Assembly: GCF_036321535.1 (NCBI RefSeq)
Contig: NC_087437.1
Location: forward strand, 110,982,001-111,046,000
Direction of reading: 5' to 3'
Source of the DNA: Camelus dromedarius
Taxonomy: Eukaryota
Length of the DNA stretch: 64,000 nt
The position numbers and the translations under genes were made by a program. The notes beneath the pieces are model-generated. The model made no database searches. It saw nothing but the letters and a program-made list of their open reading frames with translations, and was not told where the DNA came from. Below are positions 1 through 13,049 of the stretch, in pieces. The first letter of the stretch is position 1. Each line of letters begins with the position of its first letter.

Positions 1-311
1 CTCTGGTGTCTCATCCTTGGTCCTCCTGGCCCTCTAGTTTGTACCTTTCACACAGCAGGCACTCAGTACAACTAAATTAAGGGGTTACCTAATAAAGGTA
101 AAATAGTATTTGTCCTTTACATACCAGAAAAGATGGGGTGAGGCCAGGTGTTCTGTAGAGGGAAGCCCTTGAGATCTTGGACATGCAGTGCGGCAGTGAA
201 CACTGACCTTGTGATAGGACACACCTGGGTATTCTCACTAGAGAGTTCTAGGACGAGTAAGGACAACGCAGGGGCTATGAAGACCCCAGAGGAGGATTCA
301 CACTCCCATCC

Positions 312-817
312 TGTGAGGGTTCAATTTATGTGCCAACTTAGCTAGGCCATGGGGTGCCCAGACATTTGGTTAAACATTATTCTAGGTGTGTCTGTAAGGG
401 TGTTTTTGGATGAGATTAATGTTTGAATCAGTGGACTGAGTAAAGTAGATAGCCCATACTAATGCAGGTGGGCCTTACTCAATCAGTTGAAGGCCTGGAT
501 AAAACCAAAAGGTTGACCCTCCTGTTCCTCGTGCCTGAGGATGTGAGCTGGGACATCGGTCTTTTCCTGCCTTCAGACTCAAACTGAAATATCGGCCCTT
601 CTTGGGTCCAAGCCTGCTGGAACTTCAGACTGAAACTTACACCATCGGCTCTCCTGGGTCTCCAGCTTGCCAATTACAGATCTTGGGACCCCTCAGCCTC
701 CATAGTCACATGAACCAGTTTCTTATAATAAATCTCTTCATGTATCTATTTCTATCTCTATCTACATAAATATAGGTATCTTCTATCAGTTGGTTTCTTT
801 GCAGAATCCTGACTACA
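312..817 (+). mobile_element. ERVL solo LTR, MLT2 family
   Basis: Starts TGTGAGGGTTCAATTTATGTGCCAACTTAGCTAGGCCATGGGGTGCCCAGACATTTGGTTAAACATTATTCT. Has AATAAA near 727 and ends AGAATCCTGACTACA, all typical MLT2 motifs. Confidence 0.85.
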
Positions 818-871
818 TCCATTCCGATAGTGTTTCTTACAACCATTCAACTATTCAGTGTTCCTCTACAG

Positions 872-1033
872 CCAGGCTACTCAAAGCACAGTCCACAGAC
901 CAGCAGCAACACCACTGCCCAGTGTCAGAAATGCAGGGTCTCAGGGCGGCCCCAACCCAGACACACTGAACCTGGATCTCCATCACGGTAAAAGCTTCAG
1001 GTGATTCATCGGCACACAGTGTCTGAGAAGCAC
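872..1033. mobile_element. hAT-Charlie MITE, MER5A-like
   Basis: CTACTCAAAG...CCACAGACCAGCAGCA...AGAAATGCAG...AGGTGATTC...TGAGAAGCAC layout typical of MER5. Confidence 0.7.
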
Positions 1034-1733
1034 ATCAGCCCTCTTGGAAAATGCAAAGTCACCAGGGAGGAATGACAATCCTAAAGACAACTTCTTAGGA
1101 AGAGAGTTAGTTTAACCAAGGCTTTCTTCCCTGAGGACAGATGTTGGGGGTGGGGTGAAAGAGGGCTCAGAAGGGGGCTGAGGAACCTTGGACATTTTTG
1201 CAGTCATGACAAGCCTTCAATTACAGAGAAAAGACCAAGGAAGCCTCAGTATGCAAACTAACATGCCCAGCAATACAAAGACAAGGTCAGAGAGGCAGGG
1301 CTGGCAGACCAGGTCACACCACAGCCAAGGAGCCCAGCACTGCCTCCTCTTTGCAATGTGCTTGGTTGCATTTTATTTTCTGTGTTTTCACTGAAATGGC
1401 AGTTTGTGGAGAAACTCTCCCACTTGGCTGCGAACAGGCTCTGAGCAACAGCAACACTTCTGCAGAATTGGCAGGGACAGAGCTGTGGAATATTTCAGAA
1501 ACTTCAAGGCAAGGGGACAAACAAACAACCGGAAAAAAAAAAAAAAGGAAAAAAAGAAAAAACCCTCCTCAAAATGTGTTTTGAGGGGAAAGAGCTAGTA
1601 ATCACAAATGATGACCAGGAACACACTCGTGGGTCTCCAAGGGAAAACAGGTTTGATTCCCTTTTTTTCTGCCTCCACCTGCCCCAGTTTGATCTTCAAT
1701 TCATCTCTAACTATAACCACCGTAAGATAGCAG

Positions 1734-1787
1734 GTCTCTGGATGACTTACCAGATCGTATGTCTCTGGATGACTTACCAGATCATAT
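1734..1787. repeat. 27-bp tandem duplication
   Basis: GTCTCTGGATGACTTACCAGATC(G/A)TAT occurs twice in tandem. Confidence 0.95.
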
Positions 1788-2204
1788 CCTGTTGGATTCT
1801 CTCTTCACTTACACGCAACTTCCACCCTTCCTGCCGGCCCAGTGAGGGTGAGGACCACTCAGTCTCCCCCACTCTTCCCCCCTCCTTTGGCCCCTGGGCC
1901 AGGTGTGACAGACAGGGCATGCCAGAGCCTGTGTCTGCATCCCCACCTGCCTCATACCACACGTTTAGTCTCCATTCTACAGAAGTGTCATCCTCCCCAG
2001 TTGAACAGAATAGGATGGAGAAGCTTGGAACATGGCCATGCTGCCTCAGTGAAAGTCACTAGGCCTCCCAGGAAGGCAAACTGGTGCGGTGGAGCCCCAG
2101 AAATCAACCTCTCCTCTCAGAATAAGGTGACAGCTCCATTTTCTCTCCATCCACGTGGAGATGTTGCCCTTACACACATACACACACACACACATACACT
2201 GCCT

Positions 2205-2875
2205 AGAGAGGCAGTAGTTAAAGGCAAAGAGGCTAGTGGTTAAAAGCAAAGATTCTGCCCTAAATCAAATTTTGCCTCTGTTCCTTCCCAGCTGTGTGAC
2301 CTTGGGCAGGTGACTTCATGTCTATGTGCTGAATTGGCATCGTATTCGTCATCTTTGGCTGCCATAACAAAATACTACAGACTAACTTAAACATTTATTT
2401 TACTTTAAAATAAATTACAGAAATTCATTTTCTTACAGTTCTGGAGACTAGAAGTTCAAGATCATGGTGCCATCTGGGTTGGTTTCTAGTGAGAATTCTC
2501 TTGCCCGCTCGCAGACAGCTGCCTTCTTGCTGCGACCTTGCATGGTCTTTCCCCTGTGCACATGCTGAGAGAGATGTCTTGTGTCTCTTCTTATGAGGAC
2601 ACCAGCCCTGTTAGATTAGGCCCCTACCCTGATGACCTCATGTAACCTCCTAAAAGGCCCTATCTCCAAACAGTCACACTGAGGGTTAGGGCTTCAACAT
2701 ATGAATTTGGGGGGAGGGGTGCGGGGGGTGATGGACAGACACAAGTGAGTCCATCACAGCTCTCATCTGTAAAAGGAGGCTCATGATACTGCCCATCTCA
2801 CAGGGGTGCGATGAGGACTGGACGAGTTGATGGCGTGAAACCTTAGAACAGTACTCATCCCACGTTAGACACACA
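2205..2875 (+). mobile_element. MIR SINE split by an MLT1 LTR
   Basis: AGCTGTGTGACCTTGGGCAGGTGACTT before the LTR. CTCATCTGTAAAAGGAGG...CTCACAGGGGTG resumes after 2758. Confidence 0.7.
2341..2758 (-). mobile_element. MaLR solo LTR (MLT1A-C-like)
   Basis: GGCTGCCATAACAAAATACTACAGACT...ACAGTTCTGGAGACTAGAAGTTCAAGATCA...TTAGGGCTTCAACATATGAATTTGGGGG. Confidence 0.85.
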
Positions 2876-4266
2876 TGCATCCCTGACTCACTTACAAAAA
2901 GCTAGACTCTTTTTGGACAAGGTTACTAAGCATCTCTCCCTAGAGACCAAAGGAAGCCTCATGGACTTCACATGTCCACCATCTCACTGTAACTACTCCA
3001 TCACCTTCACCAAACAACAGCAAACAAGTCCCACTAAACTTCTCTCTTGTTTCCCAGGTCAGTTTCTGGCCTTACCATCTGCAGAGGCAATGCCCAGGCT
3101 GGAAAAATGGGAGGCAGCTTGGAGTCACCCTACCCCTTGGAGTGACCCTAACCCTTCCTCCTCCATCTCCAGTTTCTACCCCTCCACCACTCACTTTCTG
3201 GAGACGTCTCTCTGCTAAGAATAAAGACCACTTATTTCACCTGGCCCTGAAGACCCATCCCACCCTTCTGATTTCCCACAATACTCCTAACATCTACGTG
3301 GGGTAACCCAGGGCTCCCCTGAAACAGCATCTTTTTTCTGCCTGGCCCTCTGCCGGAATACCTCTTTCTGTTCCAGTTCTCCTCTGTCCAGTGTCCTCCT
3401 GCTCACCGTTCAAATTCAGGCTGGGCCATCATCTCCTCTGAGGGACTCTCTTCTTCCTGGTGGTTACTGGTCACCCACAAGGTGTGAGGCATTGCATCAT
3501 GTAGTTTCTAATTCAATTTTTCATTTAATAATCACATCAGTCAACTTCCCAAAACATGTTCTATAATCTCCATTTAAGCGGTAAAGAGGTTGAGAGATTC
3601 GCTGAGGTCGGAGAGCTAATGCGTCATTCCCCCAGATGGAATCTCCGGTTACTTCCCACGCCGCGGGTTCCCCAGCCTCCCAGACAGAATCCGTCACTCC
3701 ATCTTCCCAGGTGTATCATGCTCATCACGTTGTATTAGAGGGAACCGGGCAGCTCACACTGCTCCTCGCGATGATAGCTCCATTATCCTCACTTCCCATG
3801 GCCCAGCCCAGCGTCTTCCCAGAGGCGGAAGATCAGTCAGTTTTGGAGGAATCAAATATAGGATTGAGCGTCTGCAGGAATCTCATTCCCTCTCCTGATC
3901 CGCCATCCTACCTTCTCAGGTGGGGCCAGGATAGTCATCTTTACTTTTTTGGGAGGTTTAAGAATGTGCACTGATTAGAGACAAGCCCTGATTTAACCAG
4001 CGTTGAAAACTGCCTGCTCTGTGCTCTGTAACATCTGGGGCTGAAGGAAGGGAGAAATGCAAAGACAGAGAAACCATGGCTTCCCCAGGCTTCAAGGTGC
4101 AGAGTGAGGGAGGCCAAGGTGGGGAGAAGGAATTGAAAACTGACCGCCAGGCCTGGAAGAGCAACGCTGAGTGTGAGGCAGGAGCCAGGCCCAGGCTTCC
4201 ATGCTGCAAACCGAGAGTGTCCATTTGGGCTGCTGCTAAGCCACAACCAGCGTGTCTTCGATGGGG

Positions 4267-4678
4267 GTATTAGCATCTGACTTTGCTCGAGCTGCTCTAA
4301 CGAGGCATTGCCGGTGGGCTGGCTTACACAACGGAATCGGATCCTCTCCCTGTTCTGGAGGCTGGAACTCTGAGATCAAGGTGCAGGCAGGGTTGGTTTC
4401 CTCTGAGATCGCTCTCCCTGGCTTGCAGATGGCCACCTTCTTACTTCATCCTCACACAGGTTTTCCTCTGGGTGCAAGCATCCCCGATGTTCCCTCTCTG
4501 ACCTGATCCCTTCTTGTCAGGACACCAGTCAGACTGGATTAGGGCCCATGCTAAGGACCCGATTTTAGTGTAACCACCTCTTGAAAGGCCCCATCTCCCA
4601 ACAGTCACATTCTGAGGGACTGAGGGTTAGGACTTCAACACGGGAAGTTGGGGTGGGGGCACAACTCAGCCCATAGCA
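4267..4678 (-). mobile_element. MaLR solo LTR (MLT1A-C-like)
   Basis: TTCTGGAGGCTGGAACTCTGAGATCAAGGTG...GGATTAGGGCCCA...GTTAGGACTTCAACA...ACAACTCAGCCCATAGCA. Confidence 0.85.
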
Positions 4679-5795
4679 AGTACTGCCTCCCCACCACGTC
4701 TTCCACACGGTGCAGAAGGAACACACAACAGCTGAGTACTTGGAATCAGCCTTTCCCATCGTGTTTGGGTCAGTTTTCCTAGCGGCGTAACTCTTTGTTG
4801 GATAGAACTGAATTCTTTGGTTGGTTACAACCAAAGAAGGGTCACTGAAAAGGTGTCCTCTCTCCTCAGAAATGTTTCTTCTCTTCCTTTTGAAAATGAG
4901 GTGGGGAAATGTGTTATTGAGATGTCTAAGTGCTTCTTTTAAAAGCCTGAGAGCGAAGGACAATACTGATTAGGGAGCTTTAGGATCAAAAAATTGTAGG
5001 AGCTCTGGGAAGGGGGTGGGGGGTGCCATGTCCAGGGTATGAGGTGGAGACACCCCAGCTTGGGAAAAGAGCCCTTTTCTCACAGCATTCTGAATATTCC
5101 AAAGTATTCCATGTCTGTAACTCAGCTCTGCCTACAGGTGCCTTTCAATAGCTGCGTTATTCATTCTTCCCAGCATTCATATTATTATTTGTATCTTTTT
5201 TTCCTTCTAAAACAAGTGTTGCTTTTATCATCTCAAAACTTGCAGGAAGCAACATTCCAGGCTCTTGGAATCCCTGTTACTGCAAATGATTTTCCTTTTT
5301 TTTTTTTTGATGGGGGGAGGTCAAACCCCAATTTCCTAACATACAGATTAGTAACTGAAAAAAAAATCACAAATTGTAGATACCCAGACATTTTCCCCCA
5401 TATATTTTTCTTTGGCTAGGTGATGGAAAGATAAAAGGCTCACAACTATTTTTCCCCCATTCGCCACTCCAAGATAGTTCCTGATTGGAAATAAAGAGCT
5501 TGACTATTATTGTAAGTTGCTTCTAATAGCCAGCTAGTAAAAGACAAAATAATGCCTCCTGCTCAAAAAACAAAACAAAACAAAAAAACTGTTTCATGTA
5601 ATAAACACTGGCTCTTATCCCAAAGAGAAACTGTGTACAAAACAGGACTACCAGGTGCTTTGCAGAAGTGGGTCACATGGAATGAAATATCTGTGCATAA
5701 AACAGTATGCTTACCTTGATTGTATCAGCATCATTTTAAAAACTAAAGAAGAACTTGTTTCATAAATGAATTTTGTTTCTACTTGACTGACCTGC

Positions 5796-6314
5796 TACAT
5801 TAGTTTCCCATTGCTGGGGTAACAAATTACCACAAACTTAGTGAAACAACACAGATGGGTTATCTTACAGCTCTGAAGGTCTGAAGTCTGAAATGGGGCT
5901 CATAGGACTAAAATCCAGGTGTCAGCAGGGCTGTGTTCCTTTCTTGAGGATCTCGTGGAGAATTTGTTCTCTCCCCTTTTCCAGCTTCTAGAGGCTGCCC
6001 ACATTCCTGGGTTCGTGGGTCCCTTCCATCTTCAAAGCCAGCAACGGTCAATGGCATCTTTCTCTTGCTGCTTCACCAACAGTAAGTCTGACATTGAGGC
6101 TGCACTGCCTCCTGCTTCCACTTTGAAGGACCCTTGTGATTGTATCATGCCCACCAGGATAATCCAGGATAATCTCCCCATTTCAAAGTCAGCTGATTGG
6201 CAGCCTTAGTTCTATCCACAGTCTTAATCCCTCGTCATGTAAAACATAACATATTCACAAATTCTAGGCATTAGAAAGTGGACATCTTTGGGGGCCAGTA
6301 TTCTTCCTACCACA
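5796..6314 (-). mobile_element. MaLR solo LTR (MLT1D-like)
   Basis: GTAACAAATTACCACAAACTTAGT...AAGGACCCTTGTGATT...GGATAATCTCCCCATTTCAAAGTCAGCTGATT...GGACATCTTTGGGGGCC. Confidence 0.85.
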
Positions 6315-7191
6315 CCCACTTTATGAGAAATAATGAAAATAAGGTGCATTTTAGGAGTTGTGTGTTTATTTTTATTCATTTAAAAAATTTAGAATTATTA
6401 GATTTTATTTTTTCCTATTACTCTTAAAACTCAGTTTCACGAAGAAACAGGCCAAACTTCTAGAATAAAAAAACTCTTTCCTGGGCTGTAACCCTTTTGG
6501 AAGGGAGACAAAATTTATCAGATGCCATGGTTTCAGGATGTTTCCATCCCAGTTACAGAATCATATCTTCTTAGGTCTGAACTGGACTCAAACAATCTAG
6601 ACACATGTACCATAATCAAAACAGTATATACCATTTCTTTCCTTCCCTTGCTAAAATTCCCTTTTTCCCCTTTGCTGCTAAGAGGAGTTTGAGTATCAGC
6701 CTTTCCAAGAAACCTGTCTACCAGTTCAAATTCTTCTTTTGGACTGAGGGCTCCCTTATTCAAGAAAAAATGTAATAAATTTTTGGAGTTAATTGTTCTT
6801 AGCTTCGGACAAATCAGTCTTACTCTAGACCTGACTTAGCTTTGCTTTCATCAATATTTCTTATTTGCAAAAGTCAAACCTCATCTTTAAACCTCTTGCA
6901 CTTTCCATTATGACTTGGAGAGGACAGAGAGTCAGTTTGTTTTGTAGTAAGAGATTCTGAAAAGGGTAAATGTTTACTTTTGAGGTCATTAAGTGGGAAA
7001 ATGGCAAACGTTCCTCTTCTTGTTCTTGTCTGCATGAAAACACACGCAGACCAAGACCGGAAAACTCTGGTCCTGAAATGATGATATATTACAATATTGT
7101 TTGAAGTACATCCAGAATTTATGTTACTCTTTAATTTCTTTTTCCTGAGTTTGGGTTCACAGTTAGGTAGAGATACTGTAAAAGAGGTAGT

Positions 7192-7331
7192 CGGGGAGGG
7201 TATAGCTCAGTGGTAGAGTGCCTGCTTAGCATGCACGAGGTCCTGGGTTCACTTTCCAGTACCCCCATCAAAAGATAAATAAATACGTAAACAAACCTAA
7301 CCCCCCCACCTCAAAAAAACCCAAAAAATTT
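7192..7331 (+). mobile_element. Vic-1-type tRNA-derived SINE, first unit
   Basis: GGGTATAGCTCAGTGGTAGAG (A box)...GGGTTCACTTTCC (B-box variant), then an AAAT-rich tail. Confidence 0.9.
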
Positions 7332-7332
7332 T

Positions 7333-7508
7333 GGGGGGGTAGGGTATAGCTCAAGTGGTAGAGTGCCTGCTTAGCATGCACAAGGTCCTGGGTTCAATCC
7401 CCAGTACCTCCATTAAGAAAAAATACCAATAAATAAATAAACAAACAAACTTAATTACCTCCCGTCCGTCCCTCCTACCCCCCCCCCCCCCCGCCGAAAG
7501 ACATTCTC
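7333..7508 (+). mobile_element. Vic-1-type SINE, second unit
   Basis: GGGTATAGCTCAAGTGGTAGAG...GGTTCAATCCCCAGTACCTCC. TSD AAGAGGTAGT at 7182-7191 and 7509-7518 encloses both units. Confidence 0.9.
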
Positions 7509-8131
7509 AAGAGGTAGTGACTGGAGCTGAGGAGGGAACCATATTTCTGGCTAGCAGTACTGGGAAAATACGTATTATCTCTCATTCTAATCTCAGTTGA
7601 TATTTATCTTTTCGCTTGAATCTGCAAATGTAATAGAGGAAGATGATGATTTTTCTTTTTATTCTTATCTGCTGGGACCCTGTCTCCTATTATCTCCACC
7701 CCAGTATTGTTATCACCATGCATAAAAATGAGTAGCCCCTTTCCAAACATGTGCTATAAAATAAACCCTTCCAAGTGGGGTTGTTTAGACTTAGAAAAGA
7801 AAGGCTCAACTGAGTGACCTTTATTCACAAAGTCATTAGGGAGAGAAGCAAAATCCCCAGCATCCCCAACCACTGCCTTTTCTTCCTCCACCTGGTTTAT
7901 TTAAATCATTCTTATCAACTCTTGAGTTGATTCTAAGGACTGGGCTATAGAGAATCCTGGTGGCTAACACAGGTGGAGACATTCTGACCCAGGTCTTCGC
8001 CTCCAGTCTTACCAAGGCCACTGGAATATTGTTTCACCAGATGCTTGTGACACGGACTGCGAACTCACTCAGGCTTGATATTGGAGGAAGAGGCAGTTCA
8101 TCTGCTGAGCAGGCATCAGAGAAGGCTCCTC

Positions 8132-9251
8132 TGCAAATCCAAACCACAAAGAGATAGCATCACCTCACACCTGTCAGGATGGCTATCATCAAAAAGGCAA
8201 GAAATAACAAATGTTGACAAAGATGTGGAGAAAAGGGAACCCTTGTACACTGCTGGTGGGGATGTAAATTGGTGCAGCCCTTAAGGAAAACAGTGTGGAA
8301 GTTTCTCAAAAAATTAAAAATAGAACTACTGTACCATCCAGCAATTCCTCTTCTGAGTATTTATCCGCAGAAAATGAAAATACTAACTCAAAAAGATATC
8401 TGTACCTCCATGTTCATTGCAGCAATATTTACAAGAGCCAACACATGGAACCAACCTAAATGTCCATCTATGGATGAATGGATAAAGAAAACGTGTTACA
8501 GATACACAATGGAATATTATTCAGGCATAAAAAGAATGAAATCTTGCCATTTGAGACAACATGGACAGACCTTGAGGGCATTATGCTAAGTGAAATAAAT
8601 GAGTCAAGAAAGACAAATACTGTACGATCTTGCTTATAAGCAGAAACTAAAACAAAGAAACAAACAAAACCAAGTTCATCGACACAGAGAACAGACTGGT
8701 GGTTGCCTGGGGTAGGGGTGGGGTCTGGGAAATGGGTAAAGAGGGTCAAAAGGTACAAACTTCGACTTATAAAATAAATAAACTATAAAATCAATAAGTC
8801 CTGAGGATGTAATGTACAGCAAGATGACAAGAGCTAATGATACTGTACTGCACACTTGACAGTTGCAAAGACAGTAGTTCTCTTTTTTAATTGCAGTAGA
8901 GCTGATTTACAATACTGTGTTAGTTTCAGGTGTACAGCATAGCAATTTAGTATTTTTGCAGATTATACTCCAAGATTACAAGATGGTGGTATATAGCATA
9001 TATAGCATATCCTTGTTGCTTATCTATTTTATGCATAGTAGTTTGCATCTGTTAATCCCCACGCCCCTAGTGTGTCCCACCCGCGAAGTTCTCATGATAA
9101 GGAAAAGAAATATTTTGTAACTATGTGCGGTGATGGATGTTACCTGGACTTGTGATCATCTCACAATATGTACAAATGTCACATCACTGTGTTGTATACC
9201 TGAAACAAATATAATGTTACATGTCAGTTATATCACAAGATATAAGAAAAA
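8132..9251 (+). mobile_element. 5'-truncated L1 (ORF2 C-terminus and 3' UTR), decayed
   Basis: ORF 8269-8589 ([24 protein letters not shown]...CTSMFIAAIFTRANTWNQPKCPSMDEWIKK) is L1 ORF2 C-terminal sequence, with frameshifts. Confidence 0.95.
8883..9086 (-). mobile_element. Antisense L1 3'-end fragment nested in the L1
   Basis: TTTTTTAATTGCAGTAGAGCTGATTTACAAT...TTAGTTTCAGGTGTACAGCA. TSD AGTTCTC at 8876-8882 and 9087-9093. Confidence 0.8.
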
Positions 9252-10849
9252 GATTATGTTGGCCTGGGGGTAAAAAAGTTCCTATGTAGCTCTTACACAC
9301 ATTCCTTATTCTGCTATATTTCTAATAGGTGTGTGTGAAGGTTTTTTTTTTTTTTCCAAATTAGATCTCTTGAAAAATCTGACTTTATGAGGAAAATGTC
9401 TTCATCAAAGATGGCTACTATCTTAAACTGGTCTTGCTCATTAAATACACTTACTTGGGACATAGAAAGGAGACAGAGAGAGGAGCTAAAGGCCACAGGT
9501 CATGTTCCAGGGAAGGCAGGAGCTGAGTTAGAGATTAGCCTGTAGACAGTGTCCTTGGGATCAGGAGCGCATGGGGAAGAGAAGGGCTGGATGGCACAGA
9601 GGAAGAGGGATGTTCAGACTTGGGCTGGCCCTTCAGGACCAGGGGGCCTCATGCCAGGCCGGCTGCCTTGAGAAATGGGTGTCTTGCAGAGGCAACTTTC
9701 TTAAGTGAAACCAGTTTCCAAAGAAGGCTATTGGCTGAGAGCAGTCAGTGGACAACCTTTCCAGCAGCTGGGGGAGAAAATTCTCCAGTCTCTGGGTCTG
9801 CATGAGCCTCTGCTCACCTGGGCAAACCACTAACCTCTCAGTGAAGGGGAGCACCTGCCTGGCCTGGAGAGGACCCCCGGGAAATGTCTGTCCTTCTGCA
9901 CCAGCTCCCTTTCCGCCCCAGGATTTCATGATCTTACCATTCAAATGAGGGGCTTGCATTAAGGTGGGAAAGTGACAACCCTCTCACTGAATCAGACCTA
10001 TAAATCTGGTTTAGTCTGTATTTTAAAATTTTGAGACTTTGTTACCAATAATCAGGAAATTGAGAGATGTTCCCAAAATTTCAGGTTTCCGTATTTTTTT
10101 TTTTTTTTTTTGAAAAAGCAGAAGGTCCAGCCACACTCGGCCTGAATCCCTTCAAGGCCACAGTCACTGGACATGTCACAAACCCACCAAAGTGCCAAGA
10201 TCCTCACCAGGCCCCCAGCCCCTGGGTGCACATGTTTGGGCAACACTAGATTTTGAAAAACATTCAGTTATTTGAACGTGGCTTCCAAGTTAACTCTCTT
10301 TTGTTTTTAACAACAACAAATCCAATAACCTTTTATTAAACTCCAAATGAACAAATCTCTCAATTACTACTTTGCTAAGTAGTGAGTATGAATTTGAAAA
10401 TGAGGAGAAAAGAAGTCAAGCCCAGTGCAACACACCCCAGCCAGAACAAGCCCCCAGCAGATGGTGCCGGGGGTGTGAGTAACACCTTCATTCTTAAAGA
10501 AACCAACATCAGTGACATTTGTGACATGTTACAGAGTAATTGCACGCTGTTATAACCCAAAACTCTTAGCATGAACCAACAGTAAAAAATGTCACTTGGA
10601 AATAATTACTCTTTTGCTAGCGAGCACTCTATGCAAACCCAAGGGACTCCAAGTTAAGTGGCAAGTAGGAGTTTTGACACATCCCCGGTGATCTGTGTTG
10701 TCATGTGACTTATGTCACGTCTTAGAGTCATTTTGATCCAGGCACATGAGCTACCGTTGGTGCAAAGCCTTTAGCATCATTCATGTCCCCGGTGAGGAGG
10801 CCTGCCTTGAAAATGGCATTGCCAGTGGAGGTTAGCTGTGATTGTGAAG

Positions 10850-11420
10850 ATGCTCTTGGTGTTCTTCATGCTTTCCTCCTTGTTCACAGATCATAGATTC
10901 TGCTCAGATGAAATGGGTCCCACCCTGGCATATCCCTTGGGGGGGATCCTGATTGAGCTGAACATGCCAAGGATACCACGTTCCATTTTGATGGATGTCT
11001 ACACTTCCAGCTTCTCTTGCAGCTACACTGGCCAAGTATCCCAGTCTCTTTACTGACACTTTAGGAAATCTGCTGGAGTGCTTCTGAAAATGATAATTGG
11101 TTTCTTGATAAAAAGGGACAAATGCAAGGAGAGGGCCTGCCAGTGCCACAATTTCCCTTTCTTCCAGGGCTGTAGCAGCCATCCTGCAACCGTGAGGTGA
11201 CTGTTATACAAATGAAAAGTCAACCACTGAGGATGAAATGAAAAACAGAGTCTGGATACTGGACGACATGGTTGGTCACCTGAGCCGTCCCTGTAAATGC
11301 CTACTCAGTAAAAATACCGAGACAGGTATGTATTATCTGGTTTATTAAATTTATGTTTTATTATATTTATTATTTAGATTTTCTCTTATGAGCAGTTGAA
11401 AATAGTGCTAACTGAAGAAG
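10850..11420. mobile_element. Old MaLR (MLT1J/K-like) LTR fragments
   Basis: GCAGCCATCCTGCAACCGTGAGG...ACTGAGGATG...GCAGTTGAAAATAGTGCTAACTGA. Highly diverged, possibly two pieces. Confidence 0.45.
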
Positions 11421-13049
11421 AATCTTAGCAAAATGCATTTAATATCACAAAAAATAAGTGGCTTCCCTGTAACTTAGAAAAAGACCTTGCCTGTGTCAAC
11501 AATAACCTCTTCAACAGAGCTGTCTGGTTATTATTAAACTTTGTTCTATTATGGGCATATTTTCTGTTTTTAATTTTTTAATTTTTTAATTGAAGCATAG
11601 TCAGTTTATAATGATGGACACCTTATCAACCCAAATCCTACTGAGCAAATAGTTTCTGGTTTCTCTGAAGTAGATCAGAATCTTAGACCTAATGCTTATT
11701 TGGGTACCAAGTTGAGGACTTCCTTCCACTCATTTGTCACTTAACTATTGGACAGGGCACGATTCTGGAATTTCTTATAATACAGCAGAGCAGAGACCAC
11801 AGTCCATGATGCCAGAACATGGACCAAGGCTTCACCATTTGTTGTTTCTGATAATCTGCATCTGCCTTTTATTCACTTTCTTTCCATCCTTTCTTCACCT
11901 CCCCCTTAACTCTGCCATCAGAACCTGCTTCCCTGAAGGCCACCAAGACCCTCCCAGTCAAATCCCAAGGTCTTAACTCCTCTCCACTCCAGTGTCTGCA
12001 TTCAGTGTACATCGTGGGGCCCACCGAAGCCCCACCTCTTTCCTGGACTCCCTTCCCACAGCCTCCCGGCTTCCGAGGGCTGATCCATGCTTAGGGCTTG
12101 GGGCATCCCTTCTTCACTAGACGTGGCCAAAAAGCAGCCGTCAGACACCTGGGTCGCCTCTCCCTGGCTGGGCGGCCTGGTGTGAGTCATTCAACTTCTC
12201 TCAGCTTTAACCCACACAGCATGAAACAGCTGCCCCATGTATTCATAAGAGGCATGTTTTGGGGTGCCTGCCCAGCCCCCGCCCCCTCGTCCGAGCCCCT
12301 CTCCCTGTGTGTGCTGCATGACCTCAGTGAACAGATTACTGGACTAACGGGGGATGCCCAAGGAGTGCGGATGCACTGGCTGGTCAGTGATCAAATGTAT
12401 TCTCTCTTTCTCAAAAACCTGAGCAAAGAGCCCCGGGTGGGCATGGGAATTAAAAGGTGCAGGCGCCAGGCCGGGCAGTCGCCTTTCCCACAGAGCACAG
12501 TGATGAGCAGTCGGACAGCAGCAGCTGCTGAGGGAAGTGGGAGCCCCGTCCAGACCGACAGACCCGAGGACGGGAGACCCTCTCTCCCCAGAGCGCCAGC
12601 AGGACTGCGTCTCCTCCCAGCACGCACAGCATCCAGAGCCCCTGGGGTTCAGCTGTTCACTGGTTCTAGGAGACGTCCTCGCCTCCTTTCAGTCCACTCC
12701 CCTCTGTTTGGACTAATTCATTGTCTATCCAGTCCTTTCAACTAAAAAGCCTTGACCAGCATAGAGTCTCACCTAAGCCTGATGGAAATCAGTCGCTAGA
12801 CTAGAACCAACTATTTCCATTCAGCAAAAGATCTGCCTCCCTTGTGAAACCTCTCCAGCATTCCGCTGGCTCCCACAAGAGCCCACGAAGCACTGTCTGA
12901 GTGCTCATCGCAGGTTCGGCCCGGTGGGGGCCTGGGTGGACCCCAGGAAATGGAGGAAGGGAGCCACACAAAGGCTCCGAGGCACATATCAGTAAAGTGT
13001 GGGGAAGCCGAGGAGTTACGGGACAGACCTAGAAGGGCTAGTCACCCAG

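Noticed and set aside
7197..7415. tRNA-Ala-like genes (also at 13.6, 18.5, 25.8, 28.1, 30.6, 32.1, 39.2 and 56.1 kb)
   Set aside because: They have A-rich tails, TSDs and scattered substitutions that break the cloverleaf. These are SINE copies, not tRNA genes.
8269..8589. 106-aa ORF (and the 165-aa ORF at 50234-50731)
   Set aside because: Frameshifted remnants of L1 ORF2 C-terminus in 5'-truncated elements, not host genes.
12098..12745. 215-aa ORF
   Set aside because: Non-ATG start, Pro/Arg/Ser-rich composition typical of chance ORFs in GC-rich DNA, no recognisable domain and no exon structure.
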